A stretch of DNA of 64,000 bases, from assembly GCA_016790815.1 (NCBI GenBank), contig JAEUOG010000004.1:987-64986 (forward strand), written 5' to 3'. The position numbers and the translations under genes are program-made. The DNA comes from Dechloromonas sp. GTDB lineage: Bacteria; Pseudomonadota; Gammaproteobacteria; Burkholderiales; Rhodocyclaceae. Position 1 is the first letter of the stretch, and every line of letters starts with the position of its first letter. The notes beneath the pieces were generated by a model. It searched no databases, had not been told where the DNA came from, and saw only the letters and a list, made by a program, of their open reading frames with translations. This document shows, piece after piece, positions 1 through 9,415 of this stretch.

Positions 1-166
1 CCCACAGCTTCTCGGCGCCGCGACGGGCCAGGGTGTGCTCGACCTGGAAAGAACCGCGCAGGCGGACGACGTCAGCAGCGGAGTAGCCGCGCTTGATGCC
101 CTTCCAGCGGGGGTTTTCAGCCCAGTCTTTTTCGAGGGCGGCGATTTGCTGTTCGCGAGTGCTCAT
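1..166 (-). CDS. aceA: Isocitrate lyase, 5' part (runs off window edge)
   Basis: Manual translation from ATG at 166 gives [55 protein letters not shown], the typical AceA N-terminus; GAGG RBS upstream. Not in the ORF track. Confidence 0.95.
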   Translation of the reverse strand, partial: MSTREQQIAALEKDWAENPRWKGIKRGYSAADVVRLRGSFQVEHTLARRGAEKLW

Positions 167-273
167 GTGAATTCCTCAGGTAAATTGGTTTGGGGGTTTC
201 GGCAAAAAACCGAGTCGCTATGGTGCAGTGGCGATGGAACAAAGTATAGTGATTTTTTTGCGGGGCAGCAACA

Positions 274-294
274 GTCTTATATAAGACATAAGAC
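274..294. promoter_or_regulatory. SdhR-type (GntR/HutC family) operator upstream of aceA
   Basis: GTCTTATATAAGAC perfect palindrome plus an extra ATAAGAC. Matches my recollection of the betaproteobacterial TCA-regulon motif TCTTATGTCTTATATAAGACATAAGA. Confidence 0.7.
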
Positions 295-305
295 ATTTTT
301 ATTTT

Positions 306-357
306 TAATAAAAACAGCGAGTTGCATCCAGTGTTTCACGATGCAAAACGCTGTTTG
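306..357 (-). terminator. Imperfect inverted repeat after rraA (terminator or operator)
   Basis: AAACAGCG..TTGCATC / GATGCAA..CGCTGTTT; followed by a T-rich run on the minus strand. Confidence 0.4.
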
Positions 358-383
358 TTTTTGTGAAATGGAGTTGCGCTGCG

Positions 384-875
384 TCAGCACAAAATTTTGC
401 TGCTGACCAGAACGCCATCCTCGTCGGCGTAGAGATATTCGCCTGGGTGGAAGGTGACGCCACCGAAGGTGACCGCGATATCCCTGTCGCCAACCCCTTT
501 TTTGATGCTCTTCTGCGGATGCGTATTGAGTGCCCGGACACCGATGTCGATGCCGTTGATGTCACCCGAATCCCGAATGCACCCGTACACGACAACACCG
601 GCCCACCCGTTCTTGGCTGCCAGAATGGCGAGTTGGTCGCCGACCAAGGCGCAGCGAAGCGAGCCGCCACCGTCGATCACGAGAACCTTTCCCTTGCCAT
701 CTTCGGCAAAAGCCTCTCGGACCAGCGAGTTGTCCTCGAAAATCTTCAGGGTAACGATCTCGCCGGAAAAGCTTGCACGGCCGCCGAAACGCTGGAACAT
801 CGGGGCGACGACACGTACGGTTTTGCCCAGTTCGGCTTCAAATTGATCGCAAAGGTCAGGGGTCTTGAAGGTCAT
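384..875 (-). CDS. rraA: RraA family protein (RNase E regulator / HMG aldolase-like)
   Basis: [10 protein letters not shown]..., [27 protein letters not shown] motifs; start trimmed to ATG 875. Confidence 0.9.
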   Translation of the reverse strand: MTFKTPDLCDQFEAELGKTVRVVAPMFQRFGGRASFSGEIVTLKIFEDNSLVREAFAEDGKGKVLVIDGGGSLRCALVGDQLAILAAKNGWAGVVVYGCIRDSGDINGIDIGVRALNTHPQKSIKKGVGDRDIAVTFGGVTFHPGEYLYADEDGVLVSSKILC

Positions 876-892
876 GCGGGAATCCTCGAAAT

Positions 893-921
893 AAAAAAGC
901 CGTGCAATCTTGCACGGCTTT
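893..921 (-). terminator. Intrinsic terminator after clpA
   Basis: AAAGCCGTGCAA-TC-TTGCACGGCTTT hairpin with a T6 tail on the minus strand. Confidence 0.85.
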
Positions 922-939
922 CGGGGTGGATGGCAATCG

Positions 940-3201
940 TCAGACGGTGGCTTCTGCTTTTTCTTCCTCGAAATCGAGTTTGATTTTGCCGTCCTTGTCG
1001 AGGTCGACCGTAACACGCCCACCGCTGGACAGCTTGCCAAACAACAACTCGTCGGCCAGCGCTGAGCGGATGGTGTCCTGAATCAAGCGAGCCATCGGAC
1101 GGGCGCCCATGAGCGGATCGAAGCCTTTCTCGGCGAGCAGTTCCTTGACCGCATCGGTGAAATGGGCTTCCACCTTTTTCTCGTGGAGCTGTTCCTCGAG
1201 TTGCATCAGGAACTTGTCGACGACCCGCAAGATGACCTCGTGGTCGAGGGGGGCGAAGGAAATTGTCGAATCGAGTCGATTCCGGAACTCCGGGGTAAAC
1301 AGACGCTTGATTTCAACCATCTCGTCGCCGGTCTGACGCGAATTGGTGAATCCCATGTTCGACTTCTGCAGATCGGCAGCGCCAGCGTTCGTGGTCATGA
1401 TGATCACCACGTTGCGGAAATCCGACTTGCGCCCGTTGTTGTCGGTCAGCGTGCCGTGGTCCATGACCTGCAGCAGGATGTTGAAGATATCCGGATGAGC
1501 CTTCTCGATTTCGTCGAGAAGCAGCACGCAATACGGCTTCTTGGTTACCGCCTCGGTGAGCAGGCCGCCCTGTTCGAAGCCGACATAACCCGGTGGCGCG
1601 CCGATAAGGCGGGACACCGCGTGGCGTTCCATGTACTCGCTCATGTCGAAGCGGAGCAATTCAACGCCCAGGCAGTAGGCCAGTTGCTTGGCTACTTCCG
1701 TCTTGCCGACGCCAGTCGGGCCACTGAACAGGAATGAGCCGATCGGCTTGCCGGGGTTGCCTAGCCCCGAACGGGCCATCTTGATGGCCTTGGCCAATGC
1801 ATCGATGGCTTTGTCCTGGCCGAAGACGACAGCCTTGAGGTCGCGATCGAGATTTTTCAGTGCGCCGCGGTCGTCAAGCGTGACATGCTGCGACGGAATG
1901 CGGGCGATCTTGGCAACGATCTCCTCGATATCCGTTTTGTTGATGACTTTTTTCTGCTTCGATTTCGGCAGGATACGCTGCGCTGCACCAGCCTCATCGA
2001 TAACATCAATGGCCTTGTCAGGCAGGTGGCGATCAGTGATGTAGCGTGCCGAGAGTTCGGCAGCCGACGAAATCGCCGTGGCGGAATATTTGATGCCGTG
2101 ATGGGCCTCGAAACGCGCTTTCAGGCCCTTGAGGATTTCTACCGTTTCGGCGACGGAAGGCTCGGTGACATCGATTTTTTGGAAGCGGCGGGAAAGCGCG
2201 CTGTCCTTCTCAAAAATGCCGCGGAATTCGGTGTAGGTCGTCGCCCCGATGCACTTGAGCTGCCCGGACGACAATGCAGGCTTGAGCAGGTTGGAGGCAT
2301 CGAGCGTTCCGCCGGACGCCGAGCCGGCACCAATCAGGGTGTGGATTTCGTCAATGAACAGGATGGCGTGCGGGTTATCCTGCAACGCCTTGAGGACGCC
2401 TTTCAGGCGCTGCTCGAAGTCGCCACGATACTTGGTGCCGGCCAGCAGGGAACCCATGTCCAGCGAATAGACATTGGCCTTGGCCAGGATTTCCGGTACC
2501 TCGCCTTCGACAACCTTGCGCGCCAGACCTTCGGCGATAGCCGTCTTGCCGACACCGGCTTCGCCAACCAGCAGCGGATTGTTCTTGCGGCGGCGGCAGA
2601 GCGTCTGGATTACGCGTTCCAGTTCCTTGTCGCGACCAATCAGCGGGTCGATCTTGCCCTGCAATGCCAGTGCATTGAGGTTGATCGTGTATTGCTCCAG
2701 CGGCCCGGCTTCGCCCTTTTCGCCGTCGGTTTCAACTTCACCCTCGGGAGCCGCCTTGGCTTGTTGTGGCACCTTGCTGATGCCGTGCGAGATGTAATTC
2801 ACCACGTCCAGGCGTGTCACTCCCTGCTTTTGCAGGAAATAGACGGCATGCGAATCCTTTTCACCGTAGATGGCAACCAGAACGTTGGCACCGTTGACTT
2901 CCTTCTTGCCCGAAGACTGGACGTGCAGGATTGCCCGCTGGATGACGCGCTGAAAACCGAGCGTCGGTTGCGTGTCGATGTCGTCGTCTCCGGACACCGT
3001 TGGTGTGTGCTCGTCGATGAAATTGGTCAGATCCTTGCGCAGGGTGTCGGTCTTGGCGCCACAGGAGCGCAGCGCCTCGGCTGCCGAGGGGTTGTCGATC
3101 AGCGCCAGCAGCAGATGTTCGACAGTAATGAACTCGTGGCGTTTTTGACGCGCCTCGACAAAGGCCATGTGCAGGCTGACTTCGAGTTCCTGGGCAATCA
3201 T
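940..3201 (-). CDS. clpA: ATP-dependent Clp protease ATP-binding subunit ClpA
   Basis: Two Walker A motifs ([16 protein letters not shown]), [11 protein letters not shown], 753 aa; directly downstream of clpS. Confidence 0.98.
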   Translation of the reverse strand: MIAQELEVSLHMAFVEARQKRHEFITVEHLLLALIDNPSAAEALRSCGAKTDTLRKDLTNFIDEHTPTVSGDDDIDTQPTLGFQRVIQRAILHVQSSGKKEVNGANVLVAIYGEKDSHAVYFLQKQGVTRLDVVNYISHGISKVPQQAKAAPEGEVETDGEKGEAGPLEQYTINLNALALQGKIDPLIGRDKELERVIQTLCRRRKNNPLLVGEAGVGKTAIAEGLARKVVEGEVPEILAKANVYSLDMGSLLAGTKYRGDFEQRLKGVLKALQDNPHAILFIDEIHTLIGAGSASGGTLDASNLLKPALSSGQLKCIGATTYTEFRGIFEKDSALSRRFQKIDVTEPSVAETVEILKGLKARFEAHHGIKYSATAISSAAELSARYITDRHLPDKAIDVIDEAGAAQRILPKSKQKKVINKTDIEEIVAKIARIPSQHVTLDDRGALKNLDRDLKAVVFGQDKAIDALAKAIKMARSGLGNPGKPIGSFLFSGPTGVGKTEVAKQLAYCLGVELLRFDMSEYMERHAVSRLIGAPPGYVGFEQGGLLTEAVTKKPYCVLLLDEIEKAHPDIFNILLQVMDHGTLTDNNGRKSDFRNVVIIMTTNAGAADLQKSNMGFTNSRQTGDEMVEIKRLFTPEFRNRLDSTISFAPLDHEVILRVVDKFLMQLEEQLHEKKVEAHFTDAVKELLAEKGFDPLMGARPMARLIQDTIRSALADELLFGKLSSGGRVTVDLDKDGKIKLDFEEEKAEATV
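980..1013 (+). repeat. Dispersed motif copy inside the clpA 3' end
   Basis: TTGATTTT-GCCGTCC-TTGTC-GAG-GTCGAC-CGTAA. Confidence 0.5.
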
Positions 3202-3509
3202 CAGTTTTCCTCCATGATGCAGGCAAGCGGGTGTTGGTGCTGGCGTGCGAATGCAATGACCTGTTCAACCTTGGTTGCAGCAATGTCCCGCGGAAAAATC
3301 CCGCAGACGCCACGACCCTCGTTGTGAACTTTGAGCATGATTTGCGTTGCTTGTTCAGTATCCAGAGAAAAAAACCGCTGCAGAACGGTAATCACGAATT
3401 CCATTGGCGTGTAATCGTCGTTCAGCAGCAGAACCTTGAACATCTTCGGCGGGCCCAGCTTGCTGCGCTGTGTCGCTAGTTGCCCGCCTTCGTGTGCCTT
3501 TGTAGCCAT
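3201..3509 (-). CDS. clpS: Clp protease adaptor ClpS
   Basis: [12 protein letters not shown] motif; TGATG coupling to clpA. Confidence 0.97.
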   Translation of the reverse strand: MATKAHEGGQLATQRSKLGPPKMFKVLLLNDDYTPMEFVITVLQRFFSLDTEQATQIMLKVHNEGRGVCGIFPRDIAATKVEQVIAFARQHQHPLACIMEEN

Positions 3510-3633
3510 GCGTTCGATTTTATACAGTCCGTCTTAATCTGCAATATAAAACATTGGGACGATTTGGCCGAATTCCAGATCAGGTAAGGGATTTGATCAG
3601 TCCGGAAATGCTGCGCTGCCGCATCGAAACTTG

Positions 3634-3662
3634 TTGACGACAAAATTCGAATGGCGTAGAAA
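3634..3662 (+). promoter_or_regulatory. Putative sigma70 promoter of the csp gene, implying a ~110-nt 5'UTR
   Basis: TTGACG-17nt-TAGAAA. Confidence 0.55.
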
Positions 3663-3781
3663 GCAATCGTGTTTGGCTTCAAGCTGTATCGAGGTTGCTG
3701 TAATGCACCGGGTCACTGAGTTCAAACAGGGAGTCGGGGAGACCCGTAAATTTGTTCGTTTTTTGTAAGAAAGTTGCAAAC

Positions 3782-3985
3782 ATGGCAATCGGTACAGTCA
3801 AGTGGTTCAATGATTCCAAGGGTTTTGGCTTTATCACTCCTGATGATGGCAGCGAAGATCTCTTCGCACATTTTTCCGCCATCAACATGAATGGTTTCAA
3901 GACTCTGAAGGAAGGCCAGAAAGTTTCCTTCGACGTCGTGCAAGGCCCCAAGGGCAAGCAGGCTTCCAATATCCAGAGCACCTAA
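3782..3985 (+). CDS. Cold-shock domain protein (cspD position, divergent from clpS)
   Basis: [12 protein letters not shown] (RNP1), LFAHFSAI (RNP2). Confidence 0.95.
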   Translation: MAIGTVKWFNDSKGFGFITPDDGSEDLFAHFSAINMNGFKTLKEGQKVSFDVVQGPKGKQASNIQST

Positions 3986-4004
3986 GCTTCGGATAGCAGC
4001 ACGT

Positions 4005-4041
4005 AAAAAAGCCCGTCTGAATTCAGACGGGCTTTTTCTTT
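4005..4041. terminator. Bidirectional intrinsic terminator (csp / soxZ)
   Basis: AAAAAAGCCCGTCTGAATTCAGACGGGCTTTTT between convergent genes. Confidence 0.9.
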
Positions 4042-4057
4042 GGTGTGCGAAAAGGTC

Positions 4058-4369
4058 TCAAGCGACGGTGATTTCATCCTGACGTCGGTCACCACCGTTG
4101 TCTACCCAGGCCACCGTCAGCTTGTCACCGGATTTGATGCCACGTGCTTTGAAGGTGAACAACGGATTTTTCGAAATAGACGTGTTCAGTTGCCCGTCGA
4201 TGATCGGCTTTCCATTCAGACTGACTGCGAAGGTCTGGATGAAGTGCATCGGCAGGCTTTGACCCTTGTCGTCCTTGTGCTGGCCAGTTTCCATAGGGTG
4301 TTGCATGAGGATGCGAATGTCGGTGATTTCGCCCTGGTTCTGCGCGCGAATCTTGATCTGGTCAGCCAC
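4058..4369 (-). CDS. soxZ: Sulfur carrier SoxZ
   Basis: HPMETG, ISKNP, WVDN motifs; GTG start after a GGAGG RBS. Confidence 0.9.
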   Translation of the reverse strand: MADQIKIRAQNQGEITDIRILMQHPMETGQHKDDKGQSLPMHFIQTFAVSLNGKPIIDGQLNTSISKNPLFTFKARGIKSGDKLTVAWVDNGGDRRQDEITVA

Positions 4370-4371
4370 GC

Positions 4372-4845
4372 TCAACCTCCACATCCGCCAAGCGTTACCT
4401 TGATTTCGCGGAAGGCAACGTAGGATTTTCCATCCAATGATTTGGCTACTGCCCTAATGCGCATGCTCTCGGCCATCTTGAGTTGGGCCTTTACATATGG
4501 CAGCACTGAGCCGGAGAACTCGAACGCAGCGCTCAGCGGCATCGGATTTTTGTCGGCGAAGATGGCGAGGCTGCGCGTGTTGGCGATATTGCTCGTTACC
4601 TCGATCTCTACCTTGGCGCCGTTTTCGGCGATCTCCGGCGCGTTGATCACGATATCGCGTGACTCAGGTGCATTGGTGCTGCCATAGGCTTTCAGGGCGT
4701 CGTTGGCGTTACGGGCGGTGAAGGCGTTCTTGTTCCACTCGGCGGCCAGGAGGCTTGTAGGCAGGAGTAGCCCGCTACCGAGCAGAGGCGACAACAGCGT
4801 GGCGGAAACGCCGCCTTTCAGGAGTTTTCTGCGTAGTTCTGACAT
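4372..4845 (-). CDS. soxY: Sulfur carrier SoxY
   Basis: Tat-like RRKLLK leader, APEIAENG, C-terminal KVTLGGCGG swinging arm. Confidence 0.93.
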   Translation of the reverse strand: MSELRRKLLKGGVSATLLSPLLGSGLLLPTSLLAAEWNKNAFTARNANDALKAYGSTNAPESRDIVINAPEIAENGAKVEIEVTSNIANTRSLAIFADKNPMPLSAAFEFSGSVLPYVKAQLKMAESMRIRAVAKSLDGKSYVAFREIKVTLGGCGG

Positions 4846-4862
4846 GTTCGATTGCGGAAAAG

Positions 4863-5345
4863 TTATTCGGAGACCCAATGGCCAGACTTGCCACCGGATT
4901 TCTCCAGCAGGCGAAGGTTTTCGATACGCATGCCGCGGTCGACGGCCTTGCACATGTCGTAAATGGTGAGAAGGCCTATCGATGTTGCGGTCAGCGCTTC
5001 CATTTCGACACCGGTTCGACCAAAACATTCCGCGACGACTTCGCAATGAACCGCATTTTGGGCCTCGTCGATCAAAAAATCGGCGGTAACGCGGGTCAGG
5101 GCAATCGGATGGCACAGGGGAATCAGGTCGCCAGTGCGTTTTGAGCTCTGGATCGCAGCGATGCGTGCTATGCCCAGCACATCGCCTTTTTTCGCCGTGC
5201 CTGAGCAAATTAGCGAAAGTGTTTCCGGTTTCATGAAAATGCTGCCGGCTGCACGGGCAATGCGAGCTGTTTCGGTTTTGGCGCCAACGTCGACCATGTG
5301 GGCTTGGCCGGCGCTGTCAAAATGAGTCAGGTTCTGGGTGGTCAC
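4863..5345 (-). CDS. moaC: Cyclic pyranopterin monophosphate synthase MoaC
   Basis: [36 protein letters not shown]. Confidence 0.97.
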   Translation of the reverse strand: MTTQNLTHFDSAGQAHMVDVGAKTETARIARAAGSIFMKPETLSLICSGTAKKGDVLGIARIAAIQSSKRTGDLIPLCHPIALTRVTADFLIDEAQNAVHCEVVAECFGRTGVEMEALTATSIGLLTIYDMCKAVDRGMRIENLRLLEKSGGKSGHWVSE

Positions 5346-5409
5346 GGGATTTACGTTTGGTTATCGTCCGCCGGAATGGCGGGATTCTGGGCTGCGGTAT
5401 CATAGCACC

Positions 5410-6858
5410 ATGCACCTGAGCCAACGCTTCATCGCTGCCTTTCTCGCCTGCACGCTTGCCCTGCAGCCGGTTGCCGCCGATGATCTGCCGGAACTGGGTG
5501 ATGTCGCCAGCAACGATTTGTCGTTGAGTACCGAGAAAAAAATCGGGCAGCAGATCATGCATGAAATTCGTTGGCGTGAACCGACGTATCTCGACGATGC
5601 CGATATCGAGGCGTATTTGAACCAGTTGGGCGGACGCCTCGCTGCCGTGAGCAGTGATCCGGGATTCGGCTTTTATTTTTTTCCGATCGATGATCGGAAC
5701 ATTAATGCGTTTGCCATGCCTGGGGGCTACATCGGGGTCCATACCGGGCTGATCGTGTCGGCGCAGACTGAGTCTGAACTGGCTGGTGTGCTGGCGCATG
5801 AAATATCGCACGTCACCCAGCGCCATATCGCGCGGCAGGTTTTTCAGTCCAAGCAGATCGGCATGGCGTCGATGGTCGCTATGGCACTTGCCTTGCTGGC
5901 GGCACGTTCCAGTGGGCAGATGGCTGGTGCTGCGATTGCGACGACGCAGGCTGGGGCTATCTCGGCCCGACTGGCGTTTTCCCGGGATTTCGAGCGCGAG
6001 GCGGACCGGCAGGGCTTCGAGATACTGGGCAAGGCGGGTTTTGATGTCCGTGGCATGGGGGTGTTTTTCGATCGTCTCCAAAAGGCAGTCCGGTTGTACG
6101 AAAACAACGCGACAGCTTATCTGCGTACCCACCCGCTGTCGGGTGAGCGTCTCACCGACATGCAGAATCGCGAGCAGGCGGTGCCCTATCGGCAGGTGCC
6201 GGATAGCGTCGACTTCCAGCTGGTCCGTGCCAAGGTGAGGGCCATGCAGGGGACGCCTGGCGACGCGATCAAGGACATGGGTAACTTGCTGCGCGAACGG
6301 AAATTCGCCTCGGAGGCCGCCATTCGCTACGGTCTGGCGTATGCCCATTACCGCAATCGCGATTGGGACGGGGCTGAACGGGAGTTCGAGATCATTCGTC
6401 GCCTCAAAGCATCCGCCCCGATGCTGGAGCATTTGCGGGCGGATGTTCTGATTGCCAAGGGTAATGAAGTGGAGGGGCTGGCAATCTATCGTGACTCGAT
6501 GGTGCGTTACCCGCTCAACCTGGGTTTGCTTTACGGCTATGCTGCTGCCTTGATTGGTACGCGTCGCCATGACGAGGCGCTTCGTTTCACCGAGGCGAAA
6601 CTGGGAAGTTATCCGGACGACGTCCGTTTGCATCGCATGCGCGCGGAGAGTTACGCCGGACTAGGCAGAAAGGCCATGCAGCATCGTGCGCTGGCCGAGG
6701 CTTTCGCCTTGCAGGGCCAGACTGCAGGCGCGATTGAGCAATTGCACCAGGCCCAGAAAGCCGGCGACGCGAATTTCTTTGAGATGTCGTCCATCGATGC
6801 GCGTTTGCGCGAACTGAAGCAGCGCCTGTTCGACGAACAGAAGGAAAAGCGCAATTAA
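5410..6858 (+). CDS. bepA: M48 metalloprotease with TPRs, BepA/YfgC-like
   Basis: Signal peptide, INAFAMPGG, HEISH zinc motif, EREAD, YLRTHP. Confidence 0.88.
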   Translation: MHLSQRFIAAFLACTLALQPVAADDLPELGDVASNDLSLSTEKKIGQQIMHEIRWREPTYLDDADIEAYLNQLGGRLAAVSSDPGFGFYFFPIDDRNINAFAMPGGYIGVHTGLIVSAQTESELAGVLAHEISHVTQRHIARQVFQSKQIGMASMVAMALALLAARSSGQMAGAAIATTQAGAISARLAFSRDFEREADRQGFEILGKAGFDVRGMGVFFDRLQKAVRLYENNATAYLRTHPLSGERLTDMQNREQAVPYRQVPDSVDFQLVRAKVRAMQGTPGDAIKDMGNLLRERKFASEAAIRYGLAYAHYRNRDWDGAEREFEIIRRLKASAPMLEHLRADVLIAKGNEVEGLAIYRDSMVRYPLNLGLLYGYAAALIGTRRHDEALRFTEAKLGSYPDDVRLHRMRAESYAGLGRKAMQHRALAEAFALQGQTAGAIEQLHQAQKAGDANFFEMSSIDARLRELKQRLFDEQKEKRN

Positions 6859-6900
6859 TCGAGGTAAAATCGTGCCTCTAATCCATTTGGCCGAATGAAC

Positions 6901-7128
6901 ATGGAATTTAATCGCGACCTTGACGTAAAGGGGCTGAATTGCCCGTTGCCCATCCTGCGTACCAAGAAGACGCTTGCCGAGATGGAGTCTGGCCAGATTC
7001 TGCGCGTGCTGGCGACTGATCCCGGCTCCCTGAAGGATTTTCCGGCGTTTGCCAAGCAAACCGGAAATGAGCTGGTTTCGCAGAAAGAAGAAAATCGCGT
7101 CTTTGAGTACTACCTGAAGCGCAAATAA
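6901..7128 (+). CDS. tusA: TusA/SirA family sulfur carrier
   Basis: LDVKGLNCPLP motif, DPGS. Confidence 0.88.
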   Translation: MEFNRDLDVKGLNCPLPILRTKKTLAEMESGQILRVLATDPGSLKDFPAFAKQTGNELVSQKEENRVFEYYLKRK

Positions 7129-8861
7129 GCTCTGAATTCTCCGCATTTTTTGAGGACAGGCGGGCGCCGGAAGGCGAACCCGCTGCTTGGCGTTTTGATG
7201 GGCTGATCGATTGCCTCGATGTCTGCGATTCGGCCTCCTTGCAGCAGGTGTTGCAGACGCTGCTGAATGATCCGCAGTGGACAGTCGTTGCGCTGGACTA
7301 CGAACTGGGCTATCTGCTCGAGCCCAAGTCCGCGCCACCGGGTTGGTTGCCCGGCAGGCAACCATTGGCCAGATTCTGGCGGTTTGCGAACCGTGTTTCG
7401 CTGACCAAAGACGAGGCATCGCTCTGTCTGACGCGCTGGGGCAGCGGCAGTGCCGGTGTCGGGGCACTGCAGCCTGCCATTGACATGGAAACCTATACTT
7501 CTGCGGTCAACCGGATAAAACGACTGATTTTTGAAGGCGACTGCTATCAGGTCAATTTCACCTTTCCGCTCGAATTCGACTGGTTCGGCTCGCCCTTTGC
7601 ACTCTACGCACGCTTGCGCGAGCATCAGCCGGTTCGCTATGGCGGGTTTGTTGGCGATGATCGGCATGGCCTCGTTTCGCTTTCGCCGGAACTGTTTCTG
7701 GAGCGCCGCGCAGACCGCCTGCTGACCAAGCCGATGAAGGGCACGGCGCCGCGTAGCGAAACGCCGGAACAGTTGCGCAATTCCGAAAAGGACTGCGCGG
7801 AAAACCTGATGATTGTGGACTTGCTGCGCAATGATCTGGGCCGCGTTGCGAAGAAGGGGAGCGTTGTGGTCGAGCGGCTGTTCGATATCGAGGAATACCC
7901 GACGCTATGGCAGATGGTGTCGGAGATTTCGGCCGATGTCGCTGGCCGCAGTTTCGGCGAGATCCTGTGTGCCATTTTCCCCTGCGGTTCGATCACCGGG
8001 GCGCCGAAGATTCGCGCCATGCAAATTGCGGCTGGGCTGGAGAAGGCCGAACGCGGCATTTATACCGGTGCCCTGGGCTGGCTGGCGCCGGATGGCGATT
8101 TTCGGCTCAACGTGGCGATTCGCACACTGGAGTTAGGTGCGGACGGCCGCGGCAAGCTCGGCTTGGGCAGCGGCATCGTCGCTGATTCGCAGCCGGACGC
8201 TGAATGGCATGAGTGTCAGCTCAAGTCGAAATTCCTGCGTGATTGCGATCCGGGCTTGCAGCTGATCGAAACCCTGCGCCGGGATGATGGCGTCTATCCG
8301 ATGTGGGCGGGGCATTTCGCCCGTCTGAAGCGATCGGCAGCGTATTTCGGCTTTCCAGTCGACGAGCAATTGTTGTTCAAGGAGCTGGGGCGGCAGCCGA
8401 CGAAGGGAACCTGGCGTGTTCGCCTGACGCTCGACAAGGCTGGCGCCATGGATGTGCAGGCGGTGGCCTTCGATGGTGCGGCGCCGGAAGTGCGTGTCGC
8501 AGCATTGGCCGAACGGCGTATCGATTCTCGCGATGTGCTGCGTCGCCACAAGACAACGGTCCGGCCGCTTTACGATGCGGCATTGCGCAGCCTGCCGGCT
8601 GACTCGCCGGTTTTCGATCTGGTGTTTCTCAATGAGCGCGGCGAGGTCGCCGAGGGGGCGCGCAGCAATGTCTTTGTCGAGCGCGATGGCGTGTTGCTGA
8701 CGCCGCCACTGGATAGTGGTGCCTTGCCCGGCGTGTTGCGTGCCAGTTTCCTGGCTTCCGGTAAAGCGCGGGAAGCGGTTTTGTGGCCAGATGATCTGGC
8801 CGACGGTTTCTGGCTTGGCAATGCGCTACGGGGCCTGGTGCGCGTTACATTGCAGCGCTGA
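7125..8861 (+). CDS. pabB: Fused aminodeoxychorismate synthase component I / class IV aminotransferase (PabB-PabC); start uncertain (ATA 7125 or TTG 7239)
   Basis: YQVNFT, SPELFL, PMKGT, ENLMIVDLLRND, FPCGSITGAPK, then HKTT, EGARSN, LPGVLR (ADC lyase). Confidence 0.9.
   Translation: MSSEFSAFFEDRRAPEGEPAAWRFDGLIDCLDVCDSASLQQVLQTLLNDPQWTVVALDYELGYLLEPKSAPPGWLPGRQPLARFWRFANRVSLTKDEASLCLTRWGSGSAGVGALQPAIDMETYTSAVNRIKRLIFEGDCYQVNFTFPLEFDWFGSPFALYARLREHQPVRYGGFVGDDRHGLVSLSPELFLERRADRLLTKPMKGTAPRSETPEQLRNSEKDCAENLMIVDLLRNDLGRVAKKGSVVVERLFDIEEYPTLWQMVSEISADVAGRSFGEILCAIFPCGSITGAPKIRAMQIAAGLEKAERGIYTGALGWLAPDGDFRLNVAIRTLELGADGRGKLGLGSGIVADSQPDAEWHECQLKSKFLRDCDPGLQLIETLRRDDGVYPMWAGHFARLKRSAAYFGFPVDEQLLFKELGRQPTKGTWRVRLTLDKAGAMDVQAVAFDGAAPEVRVAALAERRIDSRDVLRRHKTTVRPLYDAALRSLPADSPVFDLVFLNERGEVAEGARSNVFVERDGVLLTPPLDSGALPGVLRASFLASGKAREAVLWPDDLADGFWLGNALRGLVRVTLQR
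7501..7535 (-). repeat. Dispersed motif copy inside pabB
   Basis: Reverse complement TTCAAAAAT-CAGTCGT-TTTAT-CCG-GTTGAC-CGCAG. Confidence 0.7.
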
Positions 8862-8862
8862 C

Positions 8863-8896
8863 TTCAATTTAGGCTGGTTTTTCCGGTTGACCGCAG
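8863..8896 (+). repeat. Dispersed 34-bp motif, strong copy (intergenic, convergent genes)
   Basis: TTCAATTT-AGGCTGG-TTTTT-CCG-GTTGAC-CGCAG. Confidence 0.85.
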
Positions 8897-8927
8897 CATT
8901 CGTCTGCCGCGGCCATCGGGAGAACAA

Positions 8928-9407
8928 TCAGCCGCGCAGCTTGCGCAAATAGATGCCGAGCATCGAGAAAAGCGCGGCGGCAATGCCATAGAAGAAGGAC
9001 CTGGTGACATCGACATCCTGATAATCGAGCAGGATCGGCACTTCGTTTTCGACCGTGTAGCGGATCGTGGTTTGGAAGTGCCAGGAAGACGCCTTGACCT
9101 CGAAAATCCCGTTTTCAATTTTCCACTTGAGCCAGTTGTGTTCTTCCTGAACGTCACCAGCCGGTTCCGCAGGCGTCAGCGAGGTGTAGAGGCCTTGTGC
9201 CTTTGCGTCAGCGAGATCCTTGTAGGCAAAGCCGCAGGTTTCCTTGTTGGCGCAGTTAGCGACCAAGCGGAATTCCGGCTTCCAGACATCGGTTTTCTCT
9301 TTCGGCCACGAGATCATGAAAGCGATGCTCCACACGCCAACCAGCGCTGAAAAAATCATCAGTGCTATGAAAATCTTTGCGAGAAGCCCGCGTTTGTCCT
9401 GAACCAT
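8928..9407 (-). CDS. Hypothetical membrane protein (2 TM, periplasmic loop with CxxxxxC)
   Basis: Clean 159-aa ORF directly after valS, AAGGA RBS, hydrophobic N- and C-terminal helices. Confidence 0.75.
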   Translation of the reverse strand: MVQDKRGLLAKIFIALMIFSALVGVWSIAFMISWPKEKTDVWKPEFRLVANCANKETCGFAYKDLADAKAQGLYTSLTPAEPAGDVQEEHNWLKWKIENGIFEVKASSWHFQTTIRYTVENEVPILLDYQDVDVTRSFFYGIAAALFSMLGIYLRKLRG

Positions 9408-9415
9408 GTAAATCC

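Noticed and set aside
4011-4032. Inverted GCCCGTCTGAA pair resembling the Neisseria DUS (GCCGTCTGAA); one more copy at 8319
   Set aside because: Has an extra C, only three copies were seen, and the pair is explained as a terminator stem; I saw no exact DUS.
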